Positions 1 to 11,396 are shown, counted from the first letter of the whole stretch. The stretch is DNA of 61,426 nucleotides, filler included, from an uncultured Methanosarcinales archaeon (GCA_964405295.1; 18 parts of 18 records of this genome joined end to end with filler, not necessarily neighbours in it); one strand, 5' to 3'. Notes: a model not told the origin generated them from the letters alone. Translations and numbers: made by a program.

Positions 1-555
1 CATTACACTATATCCATTCGCTTCAAAAATTGATTTTATTATATCTATAACGTATTCATCTTTATATTTCTCATCAAATCCAATACACAAATCTGGAAAG
101 TCACTATCTCCAAACAATTTACTTGCGACTTTATCTAAATAACTATGACAATCTATTACAAGTAAATCATTACCTCCTAGTATTGTTTCTTCAGTATATG
201 AATCTAGTTGTTGATGGTGGGCTTCATAAAAATTATTGAGTATAAGACTAGATTTATTCTCATTGAGAGACCTAATCAAGGTGCCATCATAAACATTTGT
301 ATATATTGGACCCATTCCATACTTTGCAAAAGGTTCTAATTCTGGATTCGTAAATTTTTCTACATCACAAAAGAGTCGTGAACAATTAAATCTTACACTA
401 TGAAACTTATCATACTCAAAAATCTTATCGGTGTGTATATCACTCATTTCAATATTATACTCTTTAAGCAGATTTTGGTTTATAAGGTAATCATTAAGAT
501 ACTCATTTGGAATGAATAGTGATGAGTGTGGAATATGAAGCATGATTTTTCTCAT
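1..555 (-). CDS. N-formylglutamate amidohydrolase family protein (3'-truncated by window edge)
   Basis: Manual translation: MRKIMLHIPHSS...SRLFCDVEKF...FYEAHH...VIDCHSY...PDLCIG. HIPH and DCHS are family motifs. GGAGG RBS upstream. Confidence 0.75.
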   Translation of the reverse strand, partial: MRKIMLHIPHSSLFIPNEYLNDYLINQNLLKEYNIEMSDIHTDKIFEYDKFHSVRFNCSRLFCDVEKFTNPELEPFAKYGMGPIYTNVYDGTLIRSLNENKSSLILNNFYEAHHQQLDSYTEETILGGNDLLVIDCHSYLDKVASKLFGDSDFPDLCIGFDEKYKDEYVIDIIKSIFEANGYSVM

Positions 556-676
556 ACAAATTGCCTCCTTTTATTAAAAGTATATAATACTTTCTCTTAA
601 TAGTATCTTCCTTTGATTTTGAAAGACAACTTTACATACTTGTGTCGATGAAATTACATATTAATTAAATTAAACC

Positions 677-1321
677 CTATCCCTCATTATCAACGATGGT
701 TTTTCGTTCTGTTAATTTCGTCCCATTAAACTCAAAAAATGCAGGACCTTGATATGACCCGGATGGATTGGTGAGTCCTTTTCGATCATATATTTCTTTT
801 GTCAATGGAGACAAATACCACAATTCCTCTTCGAAAAGTACTTGTCTATGTCCAGTAACAATAGCTGTGATACCTGAATCATTGATGAAATTGACAATAT
901 CTCCATCTTTTAAGCCTTTTTTATAAAAGTCGAATCTTTCGCCCTTAGTTTTTCTACCAGACGTAGTTTTGGTTTCAACTTCAACATTATCGCCGAAAAG
1001 TTCCACTTCTGCTTCCTCGCCTAATAATTCTCTGATATCATACAAGATATCATATGCTTTTTCTGGAGCAATATTAAAAAACTCTCGTTTTTTGTTGATT
1101 CTTAAATCGGAAATTCTATCTATGCTCTGATGAATAAATTTTTCGGCTTCATTATATTTTCTGGTTTTTAATGTAGCGTATATTTCATAAGGCAATGGAA
1201 CTGCAGTATTGAAAAGTTCTCTGCTTCGAACATCAGGCATTCTTTTGCTTTTTCCGATTTTAACCCAATCTTCTCTAAAACTAGGATTGATTAATACATA
1301 TACATATCCTTTTTCATTCAT
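677..1321 (-). CDS. GIY-YIG-like (T5orf172-type) nuclease domain protein
   Basis: GYVYVLINP...VKIG, E..IH and REFF motifs; directly downstream of res. Confidence 0.8.
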   Translation of the reverse strand: MNEKGYVYVLINPSFREDWVKIGKSKRMPDVRSRELFNTAVPLPYEIYATLKTRKYNEAEKFIHQSIDRISDLRINKKREFFNIAPEKAYDILYDIRELLGEEAEVELFGDNVEVETKTTSGRKTKGERFDFYKKGLKDGDIVNFINDSGITAIVTGHRQVLFEEELWYLSPLTKEIYDRKGLTNPSGSYQGPAFFEFNGTKLTERKTIVDNEG

Positions 1322-1375
1322 ATTTTTTACCCTCCTACTATTTGTACAAATTCTATATTTAAGTGTGAATAATTA

Positions 1376-3870
1376 TCAAGTATTCTGTTTTAAACTTTTA
1401 AGTCTGTTAACTACTTCAAATTTGACTCCACTTTGAAGAACTTCAAAATGCTTTCTACCACACAATATTTTATTATTTTCACTTTCTCTAAGTTCTTCTT
1501 TCTTCTCTGAACCTTTTGTTTCAGCTACAAAATATAATTTATCTTCTCCACTTGATTGAATTACAACAATCCAATCTGGATTATAATTACCAAATGGAGT
1601 ATCAACTACAAATCTTCTAGGCAGTTTCGCATAAAGTACTACATCTTCATCATCTTCAGCATCTATAGCGAATTGTTTTTCTACTGTTGAGTCAAAAATT
1701 ACATGGTCATAAATATTTTTTTCATCAGATATATCAATCACATTTTTATCTTTATATCCAAAAAGTTCTGTATCATCAAAGACATTTTCTTGAACATAAT
1801 AATCTTCAGATTGATAATATTTCAATCCCTTAGAAAGATTTGTTTTTTTAACAGCGTTTAAAATAGAAGATACATTTTTTATAAATGATTCCGGATTATC
1901 ATAAAATTCATTAAGCCTTCCTGATTCTTTTATTATCTCTATTATTGTTGAACGCATTAAATGAGTGGCGTCCTGAAATCTTCTAATAAAATCAGGATAA
2001 ATAATCGTTTCAAATTCGTTTATATCACCAACAGAACCATATCTAGTTGTGCCTTCTTGAACTACTCCTCCTCCAGTAATGTTGAGCCTTGTTCTCTCTC
2101 TCGCAATTTTTTCTGTTACTATTTTGGGCATTGAACTGATTTTCTCGACTGCATCAGCTTTTAACTTGTGCAAGTCCATTTCAACTGAGTATAATGTTTT
2201 ATTTTTTATTCGATTCCACATATCTTTGAAAGCATCAGACAAAAATACTTTTTTGTTTATATTGACTTTTACTTTTTCATTAGCATTTTTAATTCCAATT
2301 TCACGAGATAACTTCTTAATGGTAAAGATAATCTTGTCCTGGAATAAATTATATTCATCCGGAAGTTTAAACTCATTACTTTGAATATCCATATTAAATT
2401 TATCTTCAATTTTTCCATTTGCTTTTAGGTAGTTATTATCTTTTAAAAACACAAATATTTTTGCTGAATCCTCTTGTGACAATATAAGTTCTTGTCCATA
2501 TACAGTCGTTAACTCAAGGCCAGCAAAACTGATTTTTTCAATAATTCCAAATTTATATCCTGCATCTTTTTCAAGTTCTTTTTGGAGGCTTCCAGCAAAA
2601 TCTTTATATGATTCATTAGCAACGACACTTAAAATGTTGAATTTAGGTTCATTAACACGCTCTCCATTTTGATTAACACAAATACGTAGCCCTCGCCCAA
2701 TCTTTTGTCTTTTTGTCATTGTATCTTTTGTTTCAACTAGTGTACATACTTGGAATACATTTGGATTATCCCAACCTTCTTTTAATGCTGAATGCGAAAA
2801 AATAAAGCGAAGTGGTTCACCTATACTTAAAAGGCGTTCTTTATCACGCATGATTTTCTCATAAGTTGATTCATCAGCAGCTGAATCTCCTCTAGTATCT
2901 TTTACCTTCCCTTTTTTATCAACTGAAAAGTAGCCATCATGTACTTTTTCTGGATCAAAAGATATTTTTTGGTTATACGCATCTTTTAGCCTTTTAAAAC
3001 GTCCATTTATCAACTTAATATATTCTTCTTCAAACCAAGTTGCATAAATTCCCTTTCCTGGCTGGTCTCCTTCATAAGTACGGTATTTATTTACTTGGTC
3101 AATAAAAAATAAACTTAGCACTTTGATTCCATGTTTTAAATAGGTTTCTTCTTTTTTAAGATGAAGTTCAATCGTTTCTCTAATTTGAGCTCGCTTTATA
3201 GCATCCTGATTAATCTCACCAATAGATTCTCCTTTGTTTACAGTAACTCCATTTGTAAAATAGATATAATCTATATCATCAAATGTTCCTATATCATCAA
3301 GAATATAGTTCATGTCTTTATAATAATCAACCCCGCCGGATTTTTCCCACAAATCTTCACTAGTTTTAGTTGTAACTGTTCCTTTTGAAATAGAACCATC
3401 TTTATTCAGTTTGTTTATTTCTAATTTAGCTGTATAACCATTCTTGTCATTAATTGATATTAGCTTTATATATGGCTTAGCCGTTGTTTCATCACTTTGT
3501 AGAGATGAAACTTCAATATGTTTAACTAGATTTTCTTGGTATGCATCAACTGGTGTTAATCGATACATTAAATTGTATAATTTGCGATGAGTTGCAGAAT
3601 AGCGCAAAGTACACATTGGATTTAATGACTTAATTGCTTCTTTTGCTTTTTTTGTATTATCAACTGATTGTGGTTCATCAATGATAACAATAGGATTTGT
3701 ACTAGCAATTAAGTCGATTGGTTTATTACCGCTTAGCTTATCACTAGCTCGATGAATAATATTCGCTTTTGTCTCTTTTTCAGGATCATCAAAGCTTTTT
3801 CTAAAAGCATCAATATTAATAATCATGATTTCAATATTTGAACTTGTAGCAAATGTTTGAATTTGTGTTA
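1376..3870 (-). CDS. res: Type III restriction-modification Res subunit (5'-truncated)
   Basis: IIDEPQ, RYSATH, LKEGWDNPNVFQVC and QKIGRGLR helicase motifs; C-terminal YNPDW...AETKG PD-(D/E)xK nuclease. Frame open to the contig edge. Confidence 0.9.
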
Positions 3871-3970
3871 NNNNNNNNNNNNNNNNNNNNNNNNNNNNNN
3901 NNNNNNNNNNNNNNTTAATTAATTAANNNNNNNNNNNNNNNNNNNNNNNNNNNNNNNNNNNNNNNNNNNN
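3871..3970. other. Artificial contig-joining spacer (first of 17)
   Basis: N-run + TTAATTAATTAA (stops in all six frames) + N-run. Also starts at 7728, 11397, 15055, 18519, 21939, 25347, 28718, 32044, 35353, 38638, 41917, 45192, 48467, 51724, 54979 and 58208. Confidence 0.98.
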
Positions 3971-4039
3971 AAATTGTTTCCAATTTCTATCATCTCTAAA
4001 CTTTATTAACTTTTCTAGCAACTCTCTAATCTCTTTCAT
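3971..4039 (-). CDS. MazG-like nucleotide pyrophosphohydrolase, N-terminal fragment
   Basis: MKEIRELLEKLIKFRDDRNWKQF matches the FRDxRxWxQF start of this family; AGGAG RBS; only 23 codons visible. Confidence 0.6.
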
Positions 4040-4130
4040 TTTATACACTCCTACTTATAAGTATTTCTAATATTTTTTTCGTTCTAATGTGCTTATATAA
4101 ATGTCTTTTAATCTCTACAAATATAAATGC

Positions 4131-5156
4131 TTACAATATTAAATTAACTATCTCATTCAACTTCAATGAAATTGCACTAAAATCTTTATTTAAATCTAAA
4201 CTACTAACAAATATCTTATTTCCGTCAATATTATATTCATTATCGGGGATATAGTCTTCATCTGTCCTAGCATATAACAACATTCCTAATACATCACCAG
4301 TTTTTTGTTTATCATAATTTTTTACATAGCTATAAATTTGGTACATATTCCCTGAATGTTGCGATTTAGAATTATAGTACTCCTGCATCATTTTGTTATA
4401 CATCTTGGTATCTATTATTAACACTTTATTATTTTTACTTAATGTTATATCTGTTTTCATTTTAGGTAATAAATTGTTATTTTCATCATCAATATTCCAA
4501 TCTATAAAACAAGATTTTGGAGCGTACTCTGGAAAATGTCTTTGATAATATTTTAATACAAATCTTTCATACAATTTATACAGCTTTTGATTATCCATAA
4601 AGTTAGTAACATTTGTTTTTCCTAAATCTTTATTTAGCAATAACCCATGTACAACTAAATAACAAATACTAATCAGCATTTGATAAATACGGTTATTCCT
4701 ATGATAAGATAAAGAATTCCAGTTAATATGACGAATGTCTAATGAGTCAACATCTGCGAAAAACATTATTTCTCTCTTTAATGTCTTTTTATATTTTTTA
4801 TTTACAAATTTGGATTTAATCAAATGATAACATGTTGTCTTTAAGATTTTATTAATATATGTGTTTTTGGAAAATTCATCCCGGACACAAACAACTCTTT
4901 TATTTGTAAGAGTATTTTTTTTTATTGATTCAGACAATAAAATCTTTCCTGCAATGCTTGAAGTATCATCTGTTTCTTCGATATATTCTTTACCTAGACC
5001 TCTTTTAATTAGTTGATTAACTCCTATAGATAAAATAGCCGTATACATATCTAATACATTATCAAAGTCTTCTTGTCCTAAACTAGCATAATCTTCTTTA
5101 TGCAAGACATCAAATGCGTATGCCAACATATAGTAGATGTTTTGAATATTAATCAC
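4131..5156 (-). CDS. mcrC: McrC restriction endonuclease subunit
   Basis: IQNIYYMLAYAF N-terminus; TDI...IIDTK...YQIYSY nuclease motifs; overlaps the mcrB stop. Confidence 0.9.
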   Translation of the reverse strand: MINIQNIYYMLAYAFDVLHKEDYASLGQEDFDNVLDMYTAILSIGVNQLIKRGLGKEYIEETDDTSSIAGKILLSESIKKNTLTNKRVVCVRDEFSKNTYINKILKTTCYHLIKSKFVNKKYKKTLKREIMFFADVDSLDIRHINWNSLSYHRNNRIYQMLISICYLVVHGLLLNKDLGKTNVTNFMDNQKLYKLYERFVLKYYQRHFPEYAPKSCFIDWNIDDENNNLLPKMKTDITLSKNNKVLIIDTKMYNKMMQEYYNSKSQHSGNMYQIYSYVKNYDKQKTGDVLGMLLYARTDEDYIPDNEYNIDGNKIFVSSLDLNKDFSAISLKLNEIVNLIL

Positions 5157-7272
5157 TTAACGCTCCTAACAACCTATTTGACCATTGAGTTACTTTGGGT
5201 TTTTCATCATACCAATATTCCTTTAACAGAGGTATTATTTCGTGATTAATAATAGATTTTAGTCTTTCATCACTAAAATCGCCAGTTAAACAAAAATAAC
5301 TATGTCCAACAGTAAAGCCCTCACCTAAATTATCATCTTTAGAAATCTCCACATTTAATTGTTTAATTTGGTTTATCAAATTAGAAAACTTTGCATTGTC
5401 TGACTTCGTAATAATTTCTTTAAATCCTTCTGATGTAAAGCCTGGCTCAAAATCAATAAATGCAAACCTTCTTCTTAGTGCATAATCAATCATAGCTAAT
5501 GATCTGTCAGCAGTATTCATCATACCAATAATGTATATATTTTTCGGAACGGAAAACATTTCGTCTTTATACATAAGTTTAATTGGATATCCTCTTTTAT
5601 CAGCTTCTATTAACATTAACAACTCACCAAATATCTTACTTAAATTCCCTCTATTAATTTCATCAATTATGAAAAAATATTCTTTTTCAATATCATCAGA
5701 AGCTTTTTTGCAAAAATTGTAAAATGGCCCAGATTTTAAATCAAATCCTTTTTCTACAGGACGGTATCCCATAATAAAATCTTCATAACCATAACTTTGA
5801 TGAAATTGAATCATCATAACGCGAGTATAATCTTTTTCATTCATCATAGAATATGCTATCCGCTTTGCAGCAAATGTTTTCCCTACTCCTGGTGGCCCTT
5901 GAAGTATAAGATTTTTCTTATTTCTTAATAATTCTGTTATGATATTGTATTTTTGCGATGTAACAAATACTTCACTTAAAAATTCTTCATCTGTATAAGT
6001 ATCATATTGTATATCAGGTTCTTTAACACTGTCACCTTCTAAATCATCATTAAATATGCTCTCTAAACTTTCAATATAATCTAAATATGAGGAGATATCA
6101 GTCAATGTTTTTAATACAGCATGACCTGGGTGTTCCCACTCTCCATTATGTGTCCATTTTACTTTTATAACATGTTTATATTCTTTTCTTGTATTATCAA
6201 AAAAGTACGTGTTTTCAACAATTCCTCTTCCAATAAGTATTTTTCTACCTTTCTTCACATAAATAACATCTCCAACACTGATTTCGTTTGAGAACTGCCA
6301 TAATGCCAGAGAATCATTTTTATGAGAAGTATTGTCATCATTTCTTTCTTTTAATTCCTTTGTAATTTCGCTCTTTTTCTTAAATTTTTTTAAGTCGCCT
6401 AAATTATCCCAACCAATTGCAATAATGCCTTCTTTGTAAAATTCAGACCAATATTTTGAGTTTTCTCCTGGAGAATACATCCAATATTTTCTTTGATTTT
6501 CTTCTATACTTAAAGGTTTATCTATTGAGTCCTTAATGACATCATAAGATGAAGTCAAAAAAGCTTTATCAGATAATTCTATAAAATTATTAGAACTTAT
6601 ATCCTGTTTTTTAAACAGGCCTTTAATATCACTAATTATATTCAAGTATTCCACTCCAGTTGGTGGCGTTTTAAGTTTTGTGTAATTCAGTATTATCTCT
6701 GAGTATTCATTATCTGTTTTAAGTAAATAGCTTCTGTTTGTAGAGTCAAGATTAATGTAATTATAGGGTCTAACCCAAAATAATCCCATTGTAATATTCC
6801 ATTTCACTTGTTTTTGACTCAATACAATATCATACCACTTAATAAATTCGGCTTTTGTGTCTTTATTTGGATTATCCGCATAGTTTAAAGCACATTCAAA
6901 GAAAACCCATAAATTATCAATATCATCAACTTGTCTATTTTCTTTGTATTCGAAAAACCAAGCACTTAAATTATTCAAAACCGGTATAGCATCAAATCCC
7001 GTTGGAACATTAGCTAAAACTTTAAAAGTTTTCTTTATATTTCTCAACAGCGAAAATCTATTTTCCTCTTTAATTCCCTTATTAAACGCTCCAAAGACAG
7101 TAAAAGGACATATATCATCGTATTCTTCTGCTCCTCTTTCTTTAAATGGATAATTCAATTCAATATCTTCAAAAATTTCATGCAAAAGAACAAGAAGTTC
7201 TTTCCTATTGTTTTTGTATTCCAGTAATTTATCAGCGAATTCCCTATAAAAATTTACCCAATCAATTATCAT
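5149..7272 (-). CDS. mcrB: McrB-family AAA+ GTPase with extended N-terminal region
   Basis: GPPGVGKT, IDEINRG and MNTADRS motifs. Start placed at ATG 7272 by an AAGGAG RBS. Confidence 0.9.
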   Translation of the reverse strand: MIIDWVNFYREFADKLLEYKNNRKELLVLLHEIFEDIELNYPFKERGAEEYDDICPFTVFGAFNKGIKEENRFSLLRNIKKTFKVLANVPTGFDAIPVLNNLSAWFFEYKENRQVDDIDNLWVFFECALNYADNPNKDTKAEFIKWYDIVLSQKQVKWNITMGLFWVRPYNYINLDSTNRSYLLKTDNEYSEIILNYTKLKTPPTGVEYLNIISDIKGLFKKQDISSNNFIELSDKAFLTSSYDVIKDSIDKPLSIEENQRKYWMYSPGENSKYWSEFYKEGIIAIGWDNLGDLKKFKKKSEITKELKERNDDNTSHKNDSLALWQFSNEISVGDVIYVKKGRKILIGRGIVENTYFFDNTRKEYKHVIKVKWTHNGEWEHPGHAVLKTLTDISSYLDYIESLESIFNDDLEGDSVKEPDIQYDTYTDEEFLSEVFVTSQKYNIITELLRNKKNLILQGPPGVGKTFAAKRIAYSMMNEKDYTRVMMIQFHQSYGYEDFIMGYRPVEKGFDLKSGPFYNFCKKASDDIEKEYFFIIDEINRGNLSKIFGELLMLIEADKRGYPIKLMYKDEMFSVPKNIYIIGMMNTADRSLAMIDYALRRRFAFIDFEPGFTSEGFKEIITKSDNAKFSNLINQIKQLNVEISKDDNLGEGFTVGHSYFCLTGDFSDERLKSIINHEIIPLLKEYWYDEKPKVTQWSNRLLGALSD

Positions 7273-7827
7273 ATTTTCTCCTTTAATAAATGAACTAATG
7301 AACATTCTACATATATTATAACACCTTGTTTTTATGGTATCAATACTATCATTTATAATAAATGACTATTTACTCATAACTACAAATGTTGTTTATAGTC
7401 TCTATACAATACTTTGTTTACATCCGACTTTTATTATATATATTCATATGTATATACACTATAATATTTCAGTTATACAAAAAGATGTTAATAAACACAT
7501 GTTTTACTTTGTGTCTACTAACATCTTACCAATTCACTCGATGTAACATTTTTAGTTGCAACTTGTTACTATATATATATGATATAGTTATGACCCACTG
7601 TTTATTATCCATACTAATTCACTTTTAACAGAGATATTTCTGGCGACTTTACTCTAGGCTACAAAATTGGAAAACATACAATTAAATAGTTCTTACGTAA
7701 ATCATGAATATAATAAAAATTGTATAANNNNNNNNNNNNNNNNNNNNNNNNNNNNNNNNNNNNNNNNNNNNTTAATTAATTAANNNNNNNNNNNNNNNNN
7801 NNNNNNNNNNNNNNNNNNNNNNNNNNN

Positions 7828-8628
7828 ATAGCGAATCTTATCAAAGGAAAAAAGATTGGTTCCGACGATAGATTTCCCGGAACAATCAATCTCGCCCCAA
7901 AAATAGATTCTCTGCGGTATTCTCTGACTTCTTCAGAAATTAAAAAATATCGTCAACTGGCTAAAATAGCTACGACCGAAGTGGAAGAAGTTTGTCGAAA
8001 GATTAAACCTCAAGAAAAAGAAAGCAAGATTGCCGGTAGAATTTCTGACGTTTTGCGTTCCGAAGGAATTCTACCGATTGTTCTTCTGGTTGGCTCCGAT
8101 GAGAGGATAGAGAAATTCCGCCATCCCCTCCCCACAGATAAAAGAGTAAATAAATGTGTTATGGTTGCAGGATGCGGAAGGAAATGGGGTTTGATTGTTT
8201 CCTTAACGCGTTTGGTATATTTTGGAAAAATCCCTTTGAAATTAAGAAAAAAGCATAACGCAGTAACCAGAGTAGACACGGTTCTCATTGCCAATACTCT
8301 TCCGGGAAAACCATTTGCCGGGATATTGCAAAGAGGGATAGAGACCTATCAGGAAACCGGATTTCCTGATGAATGGCAAAATCATCATCAAGGTGGTCCT
8401 ACCGGCTATCAGTCACGGGATTACAAGGCAACGTTAAAGGAGAAAAGAAAAGTTGAACCCTATCAGGCCGTGGCCTGGAATCCTTCTATCAAAGGAACAA
8501 AATCGGAAGATACCATCATTGTTTTTCCCTCTGGGCCGGAGATTATCTCTTCTACCGACTCCTGGCCTAAGATAAAGGTTCCCTATCAAGGAAAAACCTG
8601 GGAGAGACCGGATATTCTGGAGAAGTAA
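7828..8628 (+). CDS. M24-family (Xaa-Pro-like) metallopeptidase (5'-truncated)
   Basis: RHP, HHQGG.TGY, WNPS and KSEDT motifs; frame open from the contig start. Confidence 0.8.
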   Translation: MANLIKGKKIGSDDRFPGTINLAPKIDSLRYSLTSSEIKKYRQLAKIATTEVEEVCRKIKPQEKESKIAGRISDVLRSEGILPIVLLVGSDERIEKFRHPLPTDKRVNKCVMVAGCGRKWGLIVSLTRLVYFGKIPLKLRKKHNAVTRVDTVLIANTLPGKPFAGILQRGIETYQETGFPDEWQNHHQGGPTGYQSRDYKATLKEKRKVEPYQAVAWNPSIKGTKSEDTIIVFPSGPEIISSTDSWPKIKVPYQGKTWERPDILEK

Positions 8629-8629
8629 A

Positions 8630-9022
8630 ATGGAGAAATTCTTCATAGAGACAAATTCCCATACGGAATTTTTAGAGATTACATCAGAGGTTAAAGAAAT
8701 TGTAAAAAATTCAAAGGTAAAGAATGGAATTTGCTTTCTCTATGTCCCCCACACAACTGCTTCTATCTTTATTAACGAAAATGCCGACCCTTCCGTAAGA
8801 GAGGATATCGAGAATTTTCTGGAGAAATTAGTTCCCGAAAAAGGGAATTACCAACACTTGGAAGGCAATAGCGCATCTCACATAAAATCTGCCCTTCTCG
8901 GTTCATCCCTCTCTATTTTTGTTGAGGACGGTAACCTTCTTTTAGGCACCTGGCAGGGAATCTTTTTTGCCGAATTTGACGGACCAAGAAGAAGAGAAGT
9001 TTGGGTAAAGATAATTACTTAA
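8630..9022 (+). CDS. yjbQ: YjbQ / UPF0047 family protein
   Basis: HTTA, NENADP, HLEGNS.SHIK and LGTWQGIFFAEFDGPR motifs. Confidence 0.9.
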   Translation: MEKFFIETNSHTEFLEITSEVKEIVKNSKVKNGICFLYVPHTTASIFINENADPSVREDIENFLEKLVPEKGNYQHLEGNSASHIKSALLGSSLSIFVEDGNLLLGTWQGIFFAEFDGPRRREVWVKIIT

Positions 9023-9062
9023 ACATCGGGAAAACCAAAATTTTTGCTCAACGCATCATATT

Positions 9063-11156
9063 TCAGAGTGAAGATTGTTGAAGGAACCGCGTAACTTTTT
9101 CGAGTGCTTCAAGACCTCTCACAGCAAGGTCAAGATGTTTCCCCGGAAACCAGATAATTTTCTTTTTCGCAAGCGCATTATAATAGGAAAGAGTGGACTC
9201 TTTTGGAATTTCGTCATCATTTTCCACATTTATCATAAGAACTTCGGTGTTCTCCATTCTTCTCACATAACTCTGGGGTTCGAAGGGTAAAATAAGAATT
9301 TTTAACATCTCGGATGATATACCCAAAGATTGCAGAATGTCTGAAATTTTCTTTTCTTTCATAATTGCAGGCAATATCTGGCCACCACCAAGAATAAAGC
9401 ATGCTCTTCTGAAATTCCCGTCTATTCCCGCTACAAGTGCCGCGGAAAAAGCTCCAAGGCTTACTCCCACAATATCTACCTTATCTGAATTTTCCTTTCT
9501 TTTTGATAGCCAGGAGGCAACTACTCTGATATCATTTACTCCCTGAATCACCATCTTAGGAATAAGGGTCAGGTCGGAAAGCAAATCCTTCTCCTCTATT
9601 TTCCTCTCACCGTAGGAAGGCAATTTAACAAAACAGGAGTTTATTCCCTTAAGAGCAAGTTTGTAAGCAAGTAATCTGGGTATAAGCTTACTTCCTGCTA
9701 GTATATCAAGGAGAATAACGGCAGGTTTTCCGTTTTCATTGAAACTTCTGTAATAGTCGGCATAAACTATATCATTTTCTTTAAATCCTGTCTTTACAAG
9801 TGAAGGAAAGGTAAGTGCAAAGACATCAAAGTGAGAGCCTCTGTACTTGTGCTTGAGAGTGAAGCGGATGTCTCTTTTTTCAACATTAAAAAATTCAAGA
9901 TATTCTTTATGCTCATCGTAATCAAGAGAAGAAAAATTCCTTATTTCATTTGCTTTTAAGACACCTTTCACAGTTTCAGAAGGCAGTTCGGGATAATTGA
10001 GATGTGGAATTTCGGCAATGCTTTTCAGTTCTTTTTCTTCAGCCAATTTAATTTCTAACAGTTCTTTTAGGTCATACTCAAAATATTTCTGATAGCATGC
10101 CTGAAAATCAGGATTATATGATTTGTTTGCAACTGCAAGGTGCATCTTCAATTCTTCGGGAATAAAAATTGCGTTGTGGAGATTGCTCTTCATTGAAACA
10201 GGTTTTTTAATAATATCCATTACGGTTTGAAGATCAATTTTTCCATAATTTTCTTCCACTCTTTTTCTTAGAACCGGGTATCTTTTCTTTCCGGTGATAA
10301 GAATTGTATCCGGTAAAAATGGAGCCGGGAGAAGTTCGTGATTTTGACCTGGAGCATATACATCAAATTTCTCATCCGTAGCATAAATACCTCTGCCATC
10401 TTTTATTTTTCCATCACTGATAAGATAATAGTATTCACACGTCCTCGGATTGCTTTCAAAGATTCCGATTGCATCCTGAAGAGTATTCGTTTTTTCAAGG
10501 GCCATTCTTATCAGCAAAGGCATAGGAACGCCGTCCCATTTTCCGTAACCCCCGGCTCCCATTTCTCCAATAGCAATTTTTTTCTCATTCATTCCGGTCA
10601 CAGTTCCAAGAAATCCGGCAAATCCCGCGGTAATAAAACTATTGCAATTTTCCGGTTTAAAGACCATTGTTATTGCATTGTCCTGAAGACCTACTTCTGT
10701 CATATAATCAAGTATTCTGATGTGGTACATCTTGTTATCTTTTGTAACCTTCCCTTTAAGGAGTATTCCACTGCAATGAAATAATGCAGGAAAATTATTT
10801 GCAAGTTGTATTTTCTCCAGGGGGATGCCTGAACCTGCCGAAAGACCTTCCATTTCTTTTTTATATCTTTCGGGAATAAATTTTTCAGTTCTTCTCCATA
10901 CCTCTTTAATATCATTTTCTTTCCTTGCATAGATAATCATCAAAGTTGTATCTACCATTTTTTTTATTTTCTCTTTAAGGATTTTCCCGTGCTGGTAACC
11001 GATTTCATAGGGAGAACCTTCAAGAATAAGAATTTCTTTCCCTCCCTTCTCAATAAGAGCTCCTTTTCCACATCTCTCTATAATTTTTACTTCTGAGAAG
11101 AGTAAAGATGGTAAGAAAAGAAAAACGGTCAGATAAGATATAAATTTTCTACTCAT
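9063..11156 (-). CDS. Secreted C45 (Ntn) peptidase/acyltransferase fused to an alpha/beta hydrolase
   Basis: Signal peptide; GSPYEIGYQHG, HCS nucleophile, RILDY, GMNEK; C-terminal GVSLG nucleophile elbow, D and GKH. Confidence 0.75.
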   Translation of the reverse strand: MSRKFISYLTVFLFLPSLLFSEVKIIERCGKGALIEKGGKEILILEGSPYEIGYQHGKILKEKIKKMVDTTLMIIYARKENDIKEVWRRTEKFIPERYKKEMEGLSAGSGIPLEKIQLANNFPALFHCSGILLKGKVTKDNKMYHIRILDYMTEVGLQDNAITMVFKPENCNSFITAGFAGFLGTVTGMNEKKIAIGEMGAGGYGKWDGVPMPLLIRMALEKTNTLQDAIGIFESNPRTCEYYYLISDGKIKDGRGIYATDEKFDVYAPGQNHELLPAPFLPDTILITGKKRYPVLRKRVEENYGKIDLQTVMDIIKKPVSMKSNLHNAIFIPEELKMHLAVANKSYNPDFQACYQKYFEYDLKELLEIKLAEEKELKSIAEIPHLNYPELPSETVKGVLKANEIRNFSSLDYDEHKEYLEFFNVEKRDIRFTLKHKYRGSHFDVFALTFPSLVKTGFKENDIVYADYYRSFNENGKPAVILLDILAGSKLIPRLLAYKLALKGINSCFVKLPSYGERKIEEKDLLSDLTLIPKMVIQGVNDIRVVASWLSKRKENSDKVDIVGVSLGAFSAALVAGIDGNFRRACFILGGGQILPAIMKEKKISDILQSLGISSEMLKILILPFEPQSYVRRMENTEVLMINVENDDEIPKESTLSYYNALAKKKIIWFPGKHLDLAVRGLEALEKVTRFLQQSSL

Positions 11157-11185
11157 AAAACTCCTTTTTTTACTTTCCTATTCTT

Positions 11186-11396
11186 TTAACTCAATCCCAT
11201 CCTCTTTAAATTCTCTAAACTAATTCTTAAACTCTCTATTGGTGGCCGTTGGCAGATATCCTGCTCCACCAGATACCATTTAACACTCGCTTCTTGTGCC
11301 GCCTTGATAATGGCTTTCCAGTTCAGATTTCCTTCCCCTATCTCCATAAAGATTTGTTGCTTATCCTTGATTCCCATATCCTTGAGATGCAAAACA
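11186..11396 (-). CDS. Sugar phosphate isomerase/epimerase, C-terminal fragment
   Basis: HLKD...EIGEG.LNW...VEQD motifs. Confidence 0.7.

Noticed and set aside
1376..7272. Type III R-M plus McrBC as one defence island
   Set aside because: A linker separates them, so adjacency cannot be assumed.
7306..7727. Small ORFs or ncRNA upstream of mcrB
   Set aside because: AT-rich intergenic DNA with no RBS, motif or stable structure that I can support.
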